From: a virus
IMG/VR virus record: IMGVR_UViG_3300045988_137997
Span: 1-46,538 of that record
DNA: 46,538 nucleotides
Direction: 5' to 3' (one strand)
The position numbers were made by a program, and so were the translations under genes. Numbering within the stretch: the first letter of the stretch is position 1; every line of letters starts with the position of its first letter. Positions 25,442-34,422 of the stretch are shown in pieces. Under the pieces are notes generated by a model. It had not been told where the DNA came from. It was given only the letters and a program-made list of their open reading frames with translations, and ran no database searches.

Positions 25442-26527
25442 TTACTTGCGATTGTGGAAGCCGCGCTTGCCGGCTTCGATCACTGCGGCCATCTCGGCCT
25501 CGTTTTCAACTTCCTGCTGTTCCTGAAGGCCTTGATTGCCATCTTGCAGAACAGTTTCAAGACCCTTGGCGTCATCCGCCGCATCATCAGCGGACTTCTT
25601 CTGCAAAGCCTTCTGCGCCTTAACCATCTTCACGGCAAAGGCTTCAGGCGTGATGCTCGAGTCGGCTTTTGCCTCGGACAGCAGGCTTGCGAAGCCCGGC
25701 ATCGCAAGGTCCTCAAGCGCATTAATGCGTTCGCGTTCGGCTTTACGGCCTTCTTCTATCGCTTCCTGGCGGATCTGCTGCACCAGATCAGGGTGCTCCG
25801 CCTTCAATTTTTCAAGATCCATAGGATCCTCCTTCGATTGAATCGCGGCGGGCACCTTCGGCGCAGCCGCAAAAAAACGGCTCGGAACTTTCGCAAGCAT
25901 CCCCTGCGGAATTTCCAAGCCGTTTACCATCGTCACGCCGCCTTCTCGCGAGTTCGTGACAGTAACCGCCTCATCCACTTCATCGGCCAGGCCAAACTCC
26001 ACAGCCTCTTGAGCCGTGAGCCATGTCTCGGCTTCAACCGCCTTGCGGATTTCTTTTTCGTCGCGCCCTGTTTTCTTGGCATAAATGTCGATTAGCTGGT
26101 CTTCGATCTTTTGCGTGATCTCTGCTTCTTTCTTGATCTCATCGGCATTGCCGACAGCTCCGGACGACACGCGATGAATCATCATGATCGAACCGAGCGG
26201 CATCACTACATGAGCATTGGGCAAAGACGTAATGATCGTGGCCGCCGACATCGCCACGCCGTTGACACGAATGGTGATCGGAGCCGGATGCGCCGACAAG
26301 ATCGAGTAGATCGACAAGGCCGTGTAGACCAAGCCACCGGTGGAGTTGATCGTCAAGTCGATCGGTGCATCAACCGGAATTTGTCGAAACTCATCAAGGA
26401 ACTCATTCTCATTGAATCCCTCTACCAGCCAGCCGTCTTTTGAGCCACCGACATAGCCGAAAAGATCGATCAGGTATCGGCCCGTCGCAGAACGCGACAC
26501 ATTCCAAAATTTCTTAACTGGATCCAT
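25442..26527 (-). CDS. Prohead protease (ClpP/S49 type) fused to a scaffold-like C-terminal domain
   Basis: INSTGGLVYTALSIYSIL and MSAATIITS are protease motifs. The C-terminal half is helical and charged. Confidence 0.8.
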   Translation of the reverse strand: MDPVKKFWNVSRSATGRYLIDLFGYVGGSKDGWLVEGFNENEFLDEFRQIPVDAPIDLTINSTGGLVYTALSIYSILSAHPAPITIRVNGVAMSAATIITSLPNAHVVMPLGSIMMIHRVSSGAVGNADEIKKEAEITQKIEDQLIDIYAKKTGRDEKEIRKAVEAETWLTAQEAVEFGLADEVDEAVTVTNSREGGVTMVNGLEIPQGMLAKVPSRFFAAAPKVPAAIQSKEDPMDLEKLKAEHPDLVQQIRQEAIEEGRKAERERINALEDLAMPGFASLLSEAKADSSITPEAFAVKMVKAQKALQKKSADDAADDAKGLETVLQDGNQGLQEQQEVENEAEMAAVIEAGKRGFHNRK

Positions 26528-28139
26528 TGTTTCCTTCCTCTTCACCTTCTGCCGGAGCTGCTTCCGGCGCAGGTGCTTCAGCGCCGGCTTTCAAACCGGC
26601 CTCTCTCAACAAAGCCTCTTCGCGACGGCGCGTCTCAACGATGCGGTCAAAGCGCATGCCGGTCATTTCCGCCGCCTCGCGTGTCAAGGTAGACAAGCCA
26701 GCCGCCACACGTTCCTTAGCGGCCTGCACTTCCTTAAGCGGATCAAGCTGTCCCTGCGCATCACCGGCCCACTCCGCGCCGCTCCAAGCCGCACGAATAG
26801 CCGGGTCACTGAAAAAGCCCGGAGCTTCAACTCGGCCCTTGCGCACCGCTTCTGCAAGCCACTCTTCGTAAACCGGCTGGCAGAAAGAACTCACCAGCCA
26901 GTCGCGGCGCATGCGGAATGTCTTCCACGCCTCGAGAAGCGCGGCACGACTTGCCGAGTAGCTGGAGTTGAAGGTCTTCAAAAGCAGCTCATAGGGAAGC
27001 TCAAGAGCCGCCCCGATGTACTTCGACAGACTTGTGACGTATGCCTCGAAGGAGGAGTTCGGTCGCTTCGGGTCGGCAAAGGTCACATCCTCGTCAGGGT
27101 CAAGCGCGACGATTGCGCCATTACCAAGCTCATAAGCTTTCGGATCCGGATCAACTCGCATTTGATCCGGCAGCATTTGGCCAAGACCACCAAGCGGCCC
27201 CTCGTCAGGCGTCTTCGTCTTGACAAAAACAGTGAAGAAGGAACTGACCACAGCGCCCATCAGCTCGGCATCCGTGTATCGCTTCAGCTGCTTGAGTTCT
27301 TCGATCACAGGCGCAAGGAACGGCACGCCTCGGCGCTGTGCCGGGCGCTCGACGTCCGTCATCACGTGCAGGATGTTGCGGCGTCCAGTCTTTTCGCCAA
27401 AGGCTGGGATGCGCGTCCACTTCGTGACGTAGGTTTCTGGTGCGCGAGGTGTCGCATAAGGGTTGCGGTTGGCCACGTAGACCGCCCGCATATCACCGTA
27501 AGGCCCGACCTCGATGCCGCCCAAGATGTTCTTCTTCGGGTCCTTGCCCATCGGGTCGCAAACTCGATCGGCCTCGATGATTCCCACACGCAGGTCGTAA
27601 GGAATGCCGGCACGTGGCGTCAAAGGCAGGACGATAAAGGCGTCGCCATTCATCAGTGCCGAAAGGCAGACCAAGCTTTGAAGCTGATAGAAGTTCTGCC
27701 GACGCTCGGCATCGCACGCCGTTGTCTCGGCCCACAAACGCCATTCGCGCTCAGTGTTCGCTTCCCACTCCTGAGCCTCTTCATCCGAAAGACCGAGGAA
27801 GCGCGCATCAATGCGGGCATTCAAGGCCAAGCCACTGCCCACGACATTCGTGCGCACGGTTTTCAAAGCGCCCGTTGCCAACGGCGACGTCATGTAAAGC
27901 GAGCGGGACCGACTTCGCAGTGTCTCGATGTTCTCTACGATGTCGTCGTCGGCATCGCCAAGTCCTGAAAGCCATCCGATGACGGACTTCTTTGCGTAAC
28001 TGGCTCCACCCTGTGAATATCCGGAATTCAGCACAGCCTTCTGCAGGCGCAAAAAAGCCTGCTGAATCTCACTTCCAGCAGGCTGCTTGTTTTTGTCCGA
28101 CTTTTTTGACTTTACAGGTCTCTTGGTACTGCGCGCCAT
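26514..28139 (-). CDS. Portal protein (lambda gpB family)
   Basis: 541 aa, between gpW and the protease. Confidence 0.85.
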   Translation of the reverse strand: MARSTKRPVKSKKSDKNKQPAGSEIQQAFLRLQKAVLNSGYSQGGASYAKKSVIGWLSGLGDADDDIVENIETLRSRSRSLYMTSPLATGALKTVRTNVVGSGLALNARIDARFLGLSDEEAQEWEANTEREWRLWAETTACDAERRQNFYQLQSLVCLSALMNGDAFIVLPLTPRAGIPYDLRVGIIEADRVCDPMGKDPKKNILGGIEVGPYGDMRAVYVANRNPYATPRAPETYVTKWTRIPAFGEKTGRRNILHVMTDVERPAQRRGVPFLAPVIEELKQLKRYTDAELMGAVVSSFFTVFVKTKTPDEGPLGGLGQMLPDQMRVDPDPKAYELGNGAIVALDPDEDVTFADPKRPNSSFEAYVTSLSKYIGAALELPYELLLKTFNSSYSASRAALLEAWKTFRMRRDWLVSSFCQPVYEEWLAEAVRKGRVEAPGFFSDPAIRAAWSGAEWAGDAQGQLDPLKEVQAAKERVAAGLSTLTREAAEMTGMRFDRIVETRRREEALLREAGLKAGAEAPAPEAAPAEGEEEGNNGSS

Positions 28140-28345
28140 ACGCGTCTCCGTGAATTGTTTCCGTTTTCAAGATTGGCTACAACGCCGCGCCAGTACGTGA
28201 TGCGTTCTGCAATTTCGGCCAAGTTGACACGCGACAATGAGAGCGAGCCAATGGTGTAGGACTGGCCGCCAGCGCAAATCTCTTTTTCGGCAGCGAGCCA
28301 CATCTTGAGGTTTTCGCGAGCCTCGTCAATCGTTATCCAAGCCAT
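28112..28345 (-). CDS. Head-tail joining protein W
   Basis: 77 aa. A..NL..WL.AE..I..GGQSYTIGSLSLSRVNLAEI is gpW-like. Confidence 0.7.
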   Translation of the reverse strand: MAWITIDEARENLKMWLAAEKEICAGGQSYTIGSLSLSRVNLAEIAERITYWRGVVANLENGNNSRRRVWRAVPRDL

Positions 28346-28455
28346 AAGTCACCAAACCAGTCGATATAGCAATGTGCTACGAATCCAACAAGAAGAAGCA
28401 CTAAAGCCCAGTGCGCCACTCGTGCTGTCAACGGAAGATCGTTATCTTTTTCCAT
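28333..28455 (-). CDS. Small membrane protein (40 aa)
   Basis: My own translation: MEKDNDLPLTARVAHWALVLLLVGFVAHCYIDWFGDLWLG. Fills the TerL-gpW gap. Confidence 0.35.
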   Translation of the reverse strand: MEKDNDLPLTARVAHWALVLLLVGFVAHCYIDWFGDLWLG

Positions 28456-28475
28456 CGTGTATCACCTAATCCAAT

Positions 28476-30341
28476 CTAGATTGACACGCCTCGAGAAAGC
28501 GTTCCTCGGCGTCTTTGAGGTGTAGCAACCGACGCCGGTTGCGACGCCCTCTCGTAGTACGACTTCAAAATGTCAAAGTTCGGCGTCAAAGCTTCGGCTG
28601 CCGCTGTGGCATACACAAAGCAGTCAAGCGCCTCGTTTCGCTCTCGGATCTTGACCCACTCCATCCGCTTGACGCCCTTTTCGAACTTCGTCTCAAGCAC
28701 TTCAGCCGTGAGTTGCTTGAAAAAAACCTCATCAAAGCCGGCACTCGAGTTCTCATCGAAGTGGACGTACCCGGGGCCCGGCTGCGTGTTGTCTAAACGG
28801 TCTGCCACGATTTGCTTGCCTGAGTCCACACCCAGCACAAACAGCGTCGCCTTCTCCACACCGGCCTTCGACGGCCTTCCGGTCAGTGGCAAACCTGCGC
28901 CGGCACGACCTTTGATCGAAAAAACACGACGTCTTTCGCGTAGCTTCGTGTACCGATAGACCTCATTCGTAACCGTGCCGTCGCCAGAGTCGATAAAGGC
29001 ACAGCTGATGATCATTTTTTGTCCGCTCGAATGCGTCCAAACCGTGCCCAAGACTTCGTCAAGCTGAGTCTGCGTAGCTTTGTCCCGGATGTGTCCAGGT
29101 ATGACGTAGTGCCGGATGCCCCAGCATTCCCATCCGATGCCCCACCCGTAGACGGAGCACTCGACGCGGTCGTGCTGGATGTCGATGCCGGCCGTGAGCA
29201 TCAAAACGCCTGCCGGCAAAGTCTCTTTCGGATACGTTTCGCGTCGCTCAAAGAGTGGTTGCCACTCACCGGCGTTCGGATCGCGCATGATCCACGGCTC
29301 GCCGAGCTTGAGGTTCACGAATTCCATCAGACCGTGCTTGTCCTGATTCTCTGAGCACTCCAAAAACTCGTGCACAAGGTCGTGAAGATTGACCCAAGGC
29401 GAGTAAAGCGCATTGCAGTGGTAGCCGCGCACTTTCGCACCCGGGTTCTCTGCGATCCATCGCCCGCTTTCAAGTATCTGCGGGTTCGGTTTATAAGCAC
29501 CGCGCTCCTGCGCCCCGCACTCAGGGCAGTACATTGCCGCGGTCATCGGATCCGGCTTGCCGTCTTCTCCAGTAGCCCACAAGACGTTCTTCCATTCAAG
29601 CTTGTGCTCGTGGCCGCAATGCGGACATTTCACGTAGTAGTAACGCTTGTCCGATCGCTCAAACCAATCGTCGATCTTAGAAACGCCTTTAACCGTCGGC
29701 GTCGATACCAAAACGATCTTGCGGTTCGCAAAGTTCTGTGTGCGCTGAATGGCGAGCTTCAAAGGGTCGCCTTCTTTTGTCGTCCCATAACGGTCCACTT
29801 CGTCGCAAAGCAGTACGCGAATCGGACGCGAGGCCAGACCTGCAGGAGAGTTCGCACCAACAAGCGCCAGATAGCCGCCCGGGTAGTGCTTCATGCGGAT
29901 AGTGGTCGAAGACTTCTTCGCACTCCCGCGCCCGTCTTTACCCTCCTCAAGCTTCCCGACCAAACCGGGCGACGCCTGAAACATCGGCTCGATACGCTCT
30001 TTCGAAAAAGCTTCGGCCATTTCAACGGTCGGCTGAAGCATGAGCTGTGGTGCCGGCTCTTGGTCGGCAAAGTAACCGATCACGTTCAGCAAAGCTTCGG
30101 ACTTGCCAAGCTGGGAGCTGAACTCCATCACCACGATCTCGGTCTGCCGATCAGTCGCCGCGTCGACAGGCTCTTTGAGATAAGGCGTGCGACTTGTGCG
30201 CCACGGTCCGGGTTCGGGAGACGTACCTGCGGGCACCACACGGCACTTATCCGCCCACTCGCTACCCGTCAGATCAGACGGAGGCAGGGTGTACTTTTCA
30301 AGAGCTTTCCTCCAAATGAAGTTTGAAGTCATCGTCGTCAA
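28476..30341 (-). CDS. terL: Terminase large subunit (GpA family)
   Basis: 621 aa. Walker-like region and the zinc-ribbon motif YYVKCPHCGHEHKLEW...MYCPECG are typical of lambda gpA. Confidence 0.9.
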   Translation of the reverse strand: MTTMTSNFIWRKALEKYTLPPSDLTGSEWADKCRVVPAGTSPEPGPWRTSRTPYLKEPVDAATDRQTEIVVMEFSSQLGKSEALLNVIGYFADQEPAPQLMLQPTVEMAEAFSKERIEPMFQASPGLVGKLEEGKDGRGSAKKSSTTIRMKHYPGGYLALVGANSPAGLASRPIRVLLCDEVDRYGTTKEGDPLKLAIQRTQNFANRKIVLVSTPTVKGVSKIDDWFERSDKRYYYVKCPHCGHEHKLEWKNVLWATGEDGKPDPMTAAMYCPECGAQERGAYKPNPQILESGRWIAENPGAKVRGYHCNALYSPWVNLHDLVHEFLECSENQDKHGLMEFVNLKLGEPWIMRDPNAGEWQPLFERRETYPKETLPAGVLMLTAGIDIQHDRVECSVYGWGIGWECWGIRHYVIPGHIRDKATQTQLDEVLGTVWTHSSGQKMIISCAFIDSGDGTVTNEVYRYTKLRERRRVFSIKGRAGAGLPLTGRPSKAGVEKATLFVLGVDSGKQIVADRLDNTQPGPGYVHFDENSSAGFDEVFFKQLTAEVLETKFEKGVKRMEWVKIRERNEALDCFVYATAAAEALTPNFDILKSYYERASQPASVATPQRRRGTLSRGVSI

Positions 30342-30810
30342 AGAAGCGCCCGTCGTGGATGCTGATCAAAAGTTCGCTGAAAAGCTTGCGCAAAACCGCC
30401 TCACACTCGCGCTGCGAGCGCCCCTCAAGCAAGCCAGAAAAACGCGTCGGAGCCGACATGCAAAATGCCCGAAGCTTAGCGGCGACCTGCATGGCGTCCA
30501 CCTCGACCTCTTCGACAGCAACAAGCTCGCCGCTCTTCTGCTTGAACTCGAGATCGCGCAGTTTGGCAGTGGCCACTTGCGTCGCCAGCTGGGCCTTTTT
30601 CAATGCCTCCGAGAGATTGGCTGACGATTTCAAATCTGGAAACTTTGCCCCTTTGGCTCTTTCATGTTCGTAAAAAGCCTCGAGTGCCTTTTCGTGATTC
30701 AAGGAGCCGTCGGCATTCTTTTCGAACACCCCCTCTGAGATTTTCCCCTGCACCCACGCACGAGACCGGCCGATCTCTTTGGCGAATTCTCGCTGGCTAA
30801 TCGAAGACAT
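30298..30810 (-). CDS. terS: Terminase small subunit (Nu1-like HTH)
   Basis: ATG at 30810 with a GGAGGG SD. N-terminal HTH SQREFAKEIGRSRAWVQGKI. Overlaps terL. Confidence 0.65.
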   Translation of the reverse strand: MSSISQREFAKEIGRSRAWVQGKISEGVFEKNADGSLNHEKALEAFYEHERAKGAKFPDLKSSANLSEALKKAQLATQVATAKLRDLEFKQKSGELVAVEEVEVDAMQVAAKLRAFCMSAPTRFSGLLEGRSQRECEAVLRKLFSELLISIHDGRFFDDDDFKLHLEESS

Positions 30811-30894
30811 GTACCCTCCAAAGTGGCCACCTCCACAGCTTCGCTGTGACCGCACTACTTCTGCTGGACTGGCCACCCTTTTGAAAACTTGTAG

Positions 30895-31125
30895 CTAGAC
30901 GAACTGTGGGCTAGCTGGGACCCGCATCGCTTTTTTATCGCTGGGAGGACCCGCGGTCCTGTCCTTGGCCGCCAACTCTTTGTGCTGTCGCTTCATGAAG
31001 TTCTTTTCCGACGCTCGGATGAGCTTCTCTCGAACGTTCTCAGCTACCTTGCTCTTACGGTTCTTGATGGCATAGAAGATCAAGCGAGCCTCGTTCCCAG
31101 TCAGTTCGATAGTGAGGTTGTTCAT
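30895..31125 (-). CDS. Hypothetical protein
   Basis: 76-aa ORF overlapping the methylase stop. Confidence 0.4.
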   Translation of the reverse strand: MNNLTIELTGNEARLIFYAIKNRKSKVAENVREKLIRASEKNFMKRQHKELAAKDRTAGPPSDKKAMRVPASPQFV

Positions 31126-31871
31126 ACCGCAACCTCCAGCTCATCGAAGCAGACTGAGTCAGACTCGCGGATTGCTTTTTGTCCTGTGAAGTTTTGCCAG
31201 CGCTCGATGATCACATCGCAGTAGGCAGGATCAAGTTCAATAAGTCGAGCTTTGCGACCTATGTCCTCGCAAGCGATCAAAGTTGTTCCGGATCCGCCAA
31301 AGCTATCCAGTACGATTTGCCCTTTGCGTGTGGAATTCCCAATCAGATAGCGGAACAGCTCCACAGGCTTCATGGTCGGGTGTTCGCCATTACGGCTTGG
31401 GCGAGCAAACTCTAGAACAGTCGACTGGCTTCTATCTGAGTACCAGTTATGCGAAGCGCCTTCTTTCCAGCCATATAAGCATGGTTCATGTTTCCACTGG
31501 TAATCCTGACGCCCCATGACAAAAGCATTCTTGACCCAAATGAGGCATTCACGAACCTTCCACCCTATGTCTCGACAAGCCCCACGGAAGTTGAACCCTT
31601 CTGAGTCAGCATGCCAGATATAGAAGGCGGCACCATCTTTCAAAACCGAATCGGCAGCAAAGTAAGCAGATACTAAAAAACGACGGAAGGATTCGTCGTC
31701 CATCTCGTCGTTTTGAATTGTGAGCGAGTCTTTCGTCTTGCCTGTGTACGAGACATTGTAAGGCGGGTCTGTCAGCCACAGGTCGGCTCGATCATCTCCC
31801 ATCAGGCGAGCCACGTCTTCTTGTGAAGTTGAGTCGCCGCACAAAAGTCGGTGATTGCCAAGAATCCACAA
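31122..31871 (-). CDS. DNA methyltransferase domain (beta-class N6A/N4C), out of frame with the upstream ParB domain
   Basis: DPPY motif IV precedes FGGSGTT motif I. The frame stays open upstream to about 32034 but has no ATG. It joins the ParB frame if the G10 tract loses 1 nt. Confidence 0.8.
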   Translation of the reverse strand: MWILGNHRLLCGDSTSQEDVARLMGDDRADLWLTDPPYNVSYTGKTKDSLTIQNDEMDDESFRRFLVSAYFAADSVLKDGAAFYIWHADSEGFNFRGACRDIGWKVRECLIWVKNAFVMGRQDYQWKHEPCLYGWKEGASHNWYSDRSQSTVLEFARPSRNGEHPTMKPVELFRYLIGNSTRKGQIVLDSFGGSGTTLIACEDIGRKARLIELDPAYCDVIIERWQNFTGQKAIRESDSVCFDELEVAV

Positions 31872-31959
31872 GTCGCCGGGCTTGCTTTTAGGCTCCTGCG
31901 GAGGTTCCGGAAGCTCTTCTTCCTCGACCTCAGCGGACTCATCAAAGTCATCTAAGAGA

Positions 31960-32352
31960 TCATCGATTTCGTCTTGCGAGAAGCCCGTGATGAGGCCTTC
32001 GATTCCCCCCCCCCACCAGATCGGCGAGTTCGAGCTTCAGCATTTCCTCGTCCCAAGAGGCGTTCAAAGCCATCTTGTTGTCCGCAAGGATAAGCGCACG
32101 CTTCTGGGTGTCTGTGAGGCCGATGATGTCGATGGTGGGCACCTCAACCATGCCGAGCTTTCGTGCAGCCATCAAGCGGCCGTGGCCGGCGATGATGCCG
32201 TTCTCGCCGTCCGTAAGGATCGGATTCGTCCATCCGTACTCTTTGATGCTGGCGGCGATTTCCGCCACCTGCGCGTCGCTATGCGTGCGGGCGTTGCGGG
32301 CGTAAGGAATAAGGTCTTCGACCTTTCGATAGACAACTTTTAGATGTGTCAT
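31960..32352 (-). CDS. ParB-like nuclease domain ORF (truncated by a frameshift at G10)
   Basis: ATG at 32352. LIPYARNARTHSDAQVAEIAASIKEYGWTNPIL...IIAGHGRLMAA is a ParB/Srx motif. Confidence 0.75.
   Translation of the reverse strand: MTHLKVVYRKVEDLIPYARNARTHSDAQVAEIAASIKEYGWTNPILTDGENGIIAGHGRLMAARKLGMVEVPTIDIIGLTDTQKRALILADNKMALNASWDEEMLKLELADLVGGGNRRPHHGLLARRNR
32005..32014. repeat. Homopolymeric C10/G10 tract at the ParB-methylase junction
   Basis: Ten consecutive C on the plus strand. This is the longest G/C homopolymer I noticed in the window. Confidence 0.9.
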
Positions 32353-32356
32353 GGGC

Positions 32357-32386
32357 AAAAAAAAGAGGCCGCATCGAAATGCGACC
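32357..32386 (-). terminator. Intrinsic terminator T2 of the late leader
   Basis: On the minus strand, GGTCGCAT-ttcg-ATGCGGCC is followed by CTCTTTTTTTT, just upstream of the ParB ATG. Confidence 0.6.
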
Positions 32387-32402
32387 TGAAAGTGTGTGTT
32401 AG

Positions 32403-32435
32403 AAAAAAGCCCCAGAGTCACGAGAACTTTGGGGC
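32403..32435 (-). terminator. Intrinsic terminator T1 of the late leader
   Basis: On the minus strand, GCCCCA...TGGGGC is followed by T6. Confidence 0.6.
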
Positions 32436-32522
32436 TTTCTACTTCTTCCGGGCATGGCAAGGGAGCCATCAGGCTCCCAAATACATGCAACTGATCACAC
32501 AGGCTTCGAATTTTCTTGGTTC

Positions 32523-32551
32523 AATTATGACCTTTTAAAAAATTTTGTCAA
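32523..32551 (-). promoter_or_regulatory. Late promoter (PR'-like)
   Basis: On the minus strand, TTGACA, 16-17 nt spacer, then CATAAT/ATAATT, overlapping the Q-like stop codon. Confidence 0.55.
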
Positions 32552-32952
32552 GAGGAGTGAGCTGCTAAATTTTTTGCAGCATGTTGATCGAGGCGGTTGT
32601 AGATCATGTAATGCGCTAGCCTAAGCAGGTCTTCATACTCTCTCTTCCGGATGTGCATGTACTGGCAAAATCGAAAAACAGACAGCCGAGGATAAGCGTA
32701 GTGGGCAGCCAGCACCCACTTGGCAACAAGGTAACGTCGTGGCGTTTGAGGAAGTCCCTTCCATGCACGTTCGACCAGCAAGGCATCGGCAAGATCGACC
32801 TTCGTACCATCATCATCTGACAGCTTGATCTCACCAGATAAGAGCATCAAGCGATAGATCATGTCCGTGGCACTGTGCTGGCTATCAGCGGCCCACCGCC
32901 CCCAGTTCCGGAGGCGGTCTGTCAGAATTTCCTCATCGTTCTTTGAAAGCAT
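32548..32952 (-). CDS. Antitermination protein Q-like (QuuD/phage-82 type)
   Basis: LRNWGRWAA resembles LERWGAWAA of QuuD as I recall it. 134 aa. Followed by a promoter and tandem terminators. Confidence 0.55.
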   Translation of the reverse strand: MLSKNDEEILTDRLRNWGRWAADSQHSATDMIYRLMLLSGEIKLSDDDGTKVDLADALLVERAWKGLPQTPRRYLVAKWVLAAHYAYPRLSVFRFCQYMHIRKREYEDLLRLAHYMIYNRLDQHAAKNLAAHSS

Positions 32953-32961
32953 CTCGCCTCC

Positions 32962-33327
32962 TCAATACTGCATTTCTTCCCAGCCGCCACCGTCTTTTTT
33001 CTTGCGCGGCCAAACGACCTTGACAGGAAATGGATACATGTCCGCGCAGACCTTCGCTTTGACCTTGGCATCTTCTTGGAAGATGCGCAGGCTGCCCTTG
33101 ACCTCGTGCAGCTCGATCACGCCATCTGCACGCATCACCATAAAGTCTGGCGTGTATCCGCAGGCGTTGTCGGCGATCTTGAGCTTGATGTGCTCGAACC
33201 AAAACTCCAAGATGCGCCCGGCTCTCTTCTCGGCTTCCAAGTGGTCGCGGTATGCGGCCTCGGTGCGGTTCATCTCGCCAGTCTTTAGTCGCCCTTTTGC
33301 GTAGAGTCCTGTTTTTGCTGTGTACAT
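32962..33327 (-). CDS. DUF1064-like PD-(D/E)xK nuclease
   Basis: YTPDF...IELHEVKG is a D...E-x-K motif. 121 aa. Confidence 0.55.
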   Translation of the reverse strand: MYTAKTGLYAKGRLKTGEMNRTEAAYRDHLEAEKRAGRILEFWFEHIKLKIADNACGYTPDFMVMRADGVIELHEVKGSLRIFQEDAKVKAKVCADMYPFPVKVVWPRKKKDGGGWEEMQY

Positions 33328-33497
33328 TCCCTTCTTGCCTCTCGTTCCCGGTTGATCTCGATCGTTCCCTTGTAATACCCGGCCTCAAAAGCCATGCGCT
33401 CATCTCTTGTGTGATAGAGGTGCATCGACTTGGACTCACCTGCTCGGGCGGCTCTGTATCCTTCTTCCCCGATTTGTCTGAGCCGATCATTTTTCAT
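33285..33497 (-). CDS. Hypothetical protein
   Basis: 70-aa ORF in the operon. Confidence 0.4.
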   Translation of the reverse strand: MKNDRLRQIGEEGYRAARAGESKSMHLYHTRDERMAFEAGYYKGTIEINREREARRECTQQKQDSTQKGD

Positions 33498-33724
33498 CGG
33501 GCACCTCCGAAGATCTCGCGCAGATAGTTCACGGCCTGCGCATCCGTCATCGGCTTTTCAGGACTGGCAGGCTTAGCTTGATTTGCGAGGTTTGCGAAAA
33601 AGGCTTCGCGCTGTGCGTACATCTGATCTCTGACCTTGACTGCCAGTTGAGCAGAGCCGGCGTTTTCCAAAAGGCTGATGATGGTCAGCAGATCATCCCC
33701 ATTCAATTGAATTTCGTAGTTCAT
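33494..33724 (-). CDS. Hypothetical protein
   Basis: 76-aa ORF with overlapping stop/start. Confidence 0.45.
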   Translation of the reverse strand: MNYEIQLNGDDLLTIISLLENAGSAQLAVKVRDQMYAQREAFFANLANQAKPASPEKPMTDAQAVNYLREIFGGAR

Positions 33725-33727
33725 AGC

Positions 33728-33928
33728 TCAGTCCTTGAATTGGTCATAAAAGAAGTACGTAATTACGGCTGTAATACCGACAAAAAGAAGAATCCCCGCA
33801 ACCATTTCAATGCCTTTTCTCCAGACCTCAGGCGGCACCAGCGGAAAAACCCCGAAGATAAAAATCGCGCATGCGGTATACGTCGCCAAGGTGCCAACAG
33901 CCGTTTTCAGTAGACGTTTTTTGCTCAT
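33728..33928 (-). CDS. Small membrane protein
   Basis: 66 aa with two hydrophobic helices. Confidence 0.45.
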   Translation of the reverse strand: MSKKRLLKTAVGTLATYTACAIFIFGVFPLVPPEVWRKGIEMVAGILLFVGITAVITYFFYDQFKD

Positions 33929-34098
33929 CGTTTCAGCTCTTCCAAGGCGTTAAAAGCGAAATAAAGGACCGTCGTCAGTACGCCAAATCCCATGACAATG
34001 GAAAAGACAATGGGCGGAAAAAGAAAAATCGAAGCAAGAACCACGAGAATGAAACCGGCCGAGCAGAATGCCGCCTTGCCCAAAATGTTCCAGTTCAT
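33925..34098 (-). CDS. Small membrane protein (57 aa)
   Basis: My own translation: MNWNILGKAAFCSAGFILVVLASIFLFPPIVFSIVMGFGVLTTVLYFAFNALEELKR. Strong AAGGAGG SD and an ATGA overlap with the next gene. Confidence 0.5.
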   Translation of the reverse strand: MNWNILGKAAFCSAGFILVVLASIFLFPPIVFSIVMGFGVLTTVLYFAFNALEELKR

Positions 34099-34108
34099 AT
34101 AAACCTCC

Positions 34109-34420
34109 TTAAATGTCTCCGTAATCCCATGCTTCTGGCGGAAAAAGCCTCATGAATTCCTTAAATGCGCCTCTCGAACTCGCGTAAACCCGCTCGTTGA
34201 AATTGCCCCAAACTGCGGCACCGTCTGAAAGTCGAACAGCACAAAAATTGCTAACCCACTCGTAATAGTCTTCGAGCACCCGAGTATGAAAAATCCACCC
34301 GTGCTCTTTGGCCTTCTCGATGTATTCCGGGTTGAGCGTGTAGGCCAAGTCCCCGATGTATCTACCTGCGAGCTTTGCTTCCATTTCCTTAGTCATCTCA
34401 AAAACGAGTTTCATGCTCAT
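34109..34420 (-). CDS. Hypothetical protein
   Basis: ATG at 34420, just after the helicase stop. Confidence 0.45.
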   Translation of the reverse strand: MSMKLVFEMTKEMEAKLAGRYIGDLAYTLNPEYIEKAKEHGWIFHTRVLEDYYEWVSNFCAVRLSDGAAVWGNFNERVYASSRGAFKEFMRLFPPEAWDYGDI

Positions 34421-34422
34421 GC

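Noticed and set aside
30823-30878. TGGCCACC is repeated 47 bp apart, just upstream of terS, and could be cosB/R sites.
   Set aside because: There are only two 8-bp copies. No cohesive-end information is available from a circular assembly. The evidence is insufficient.
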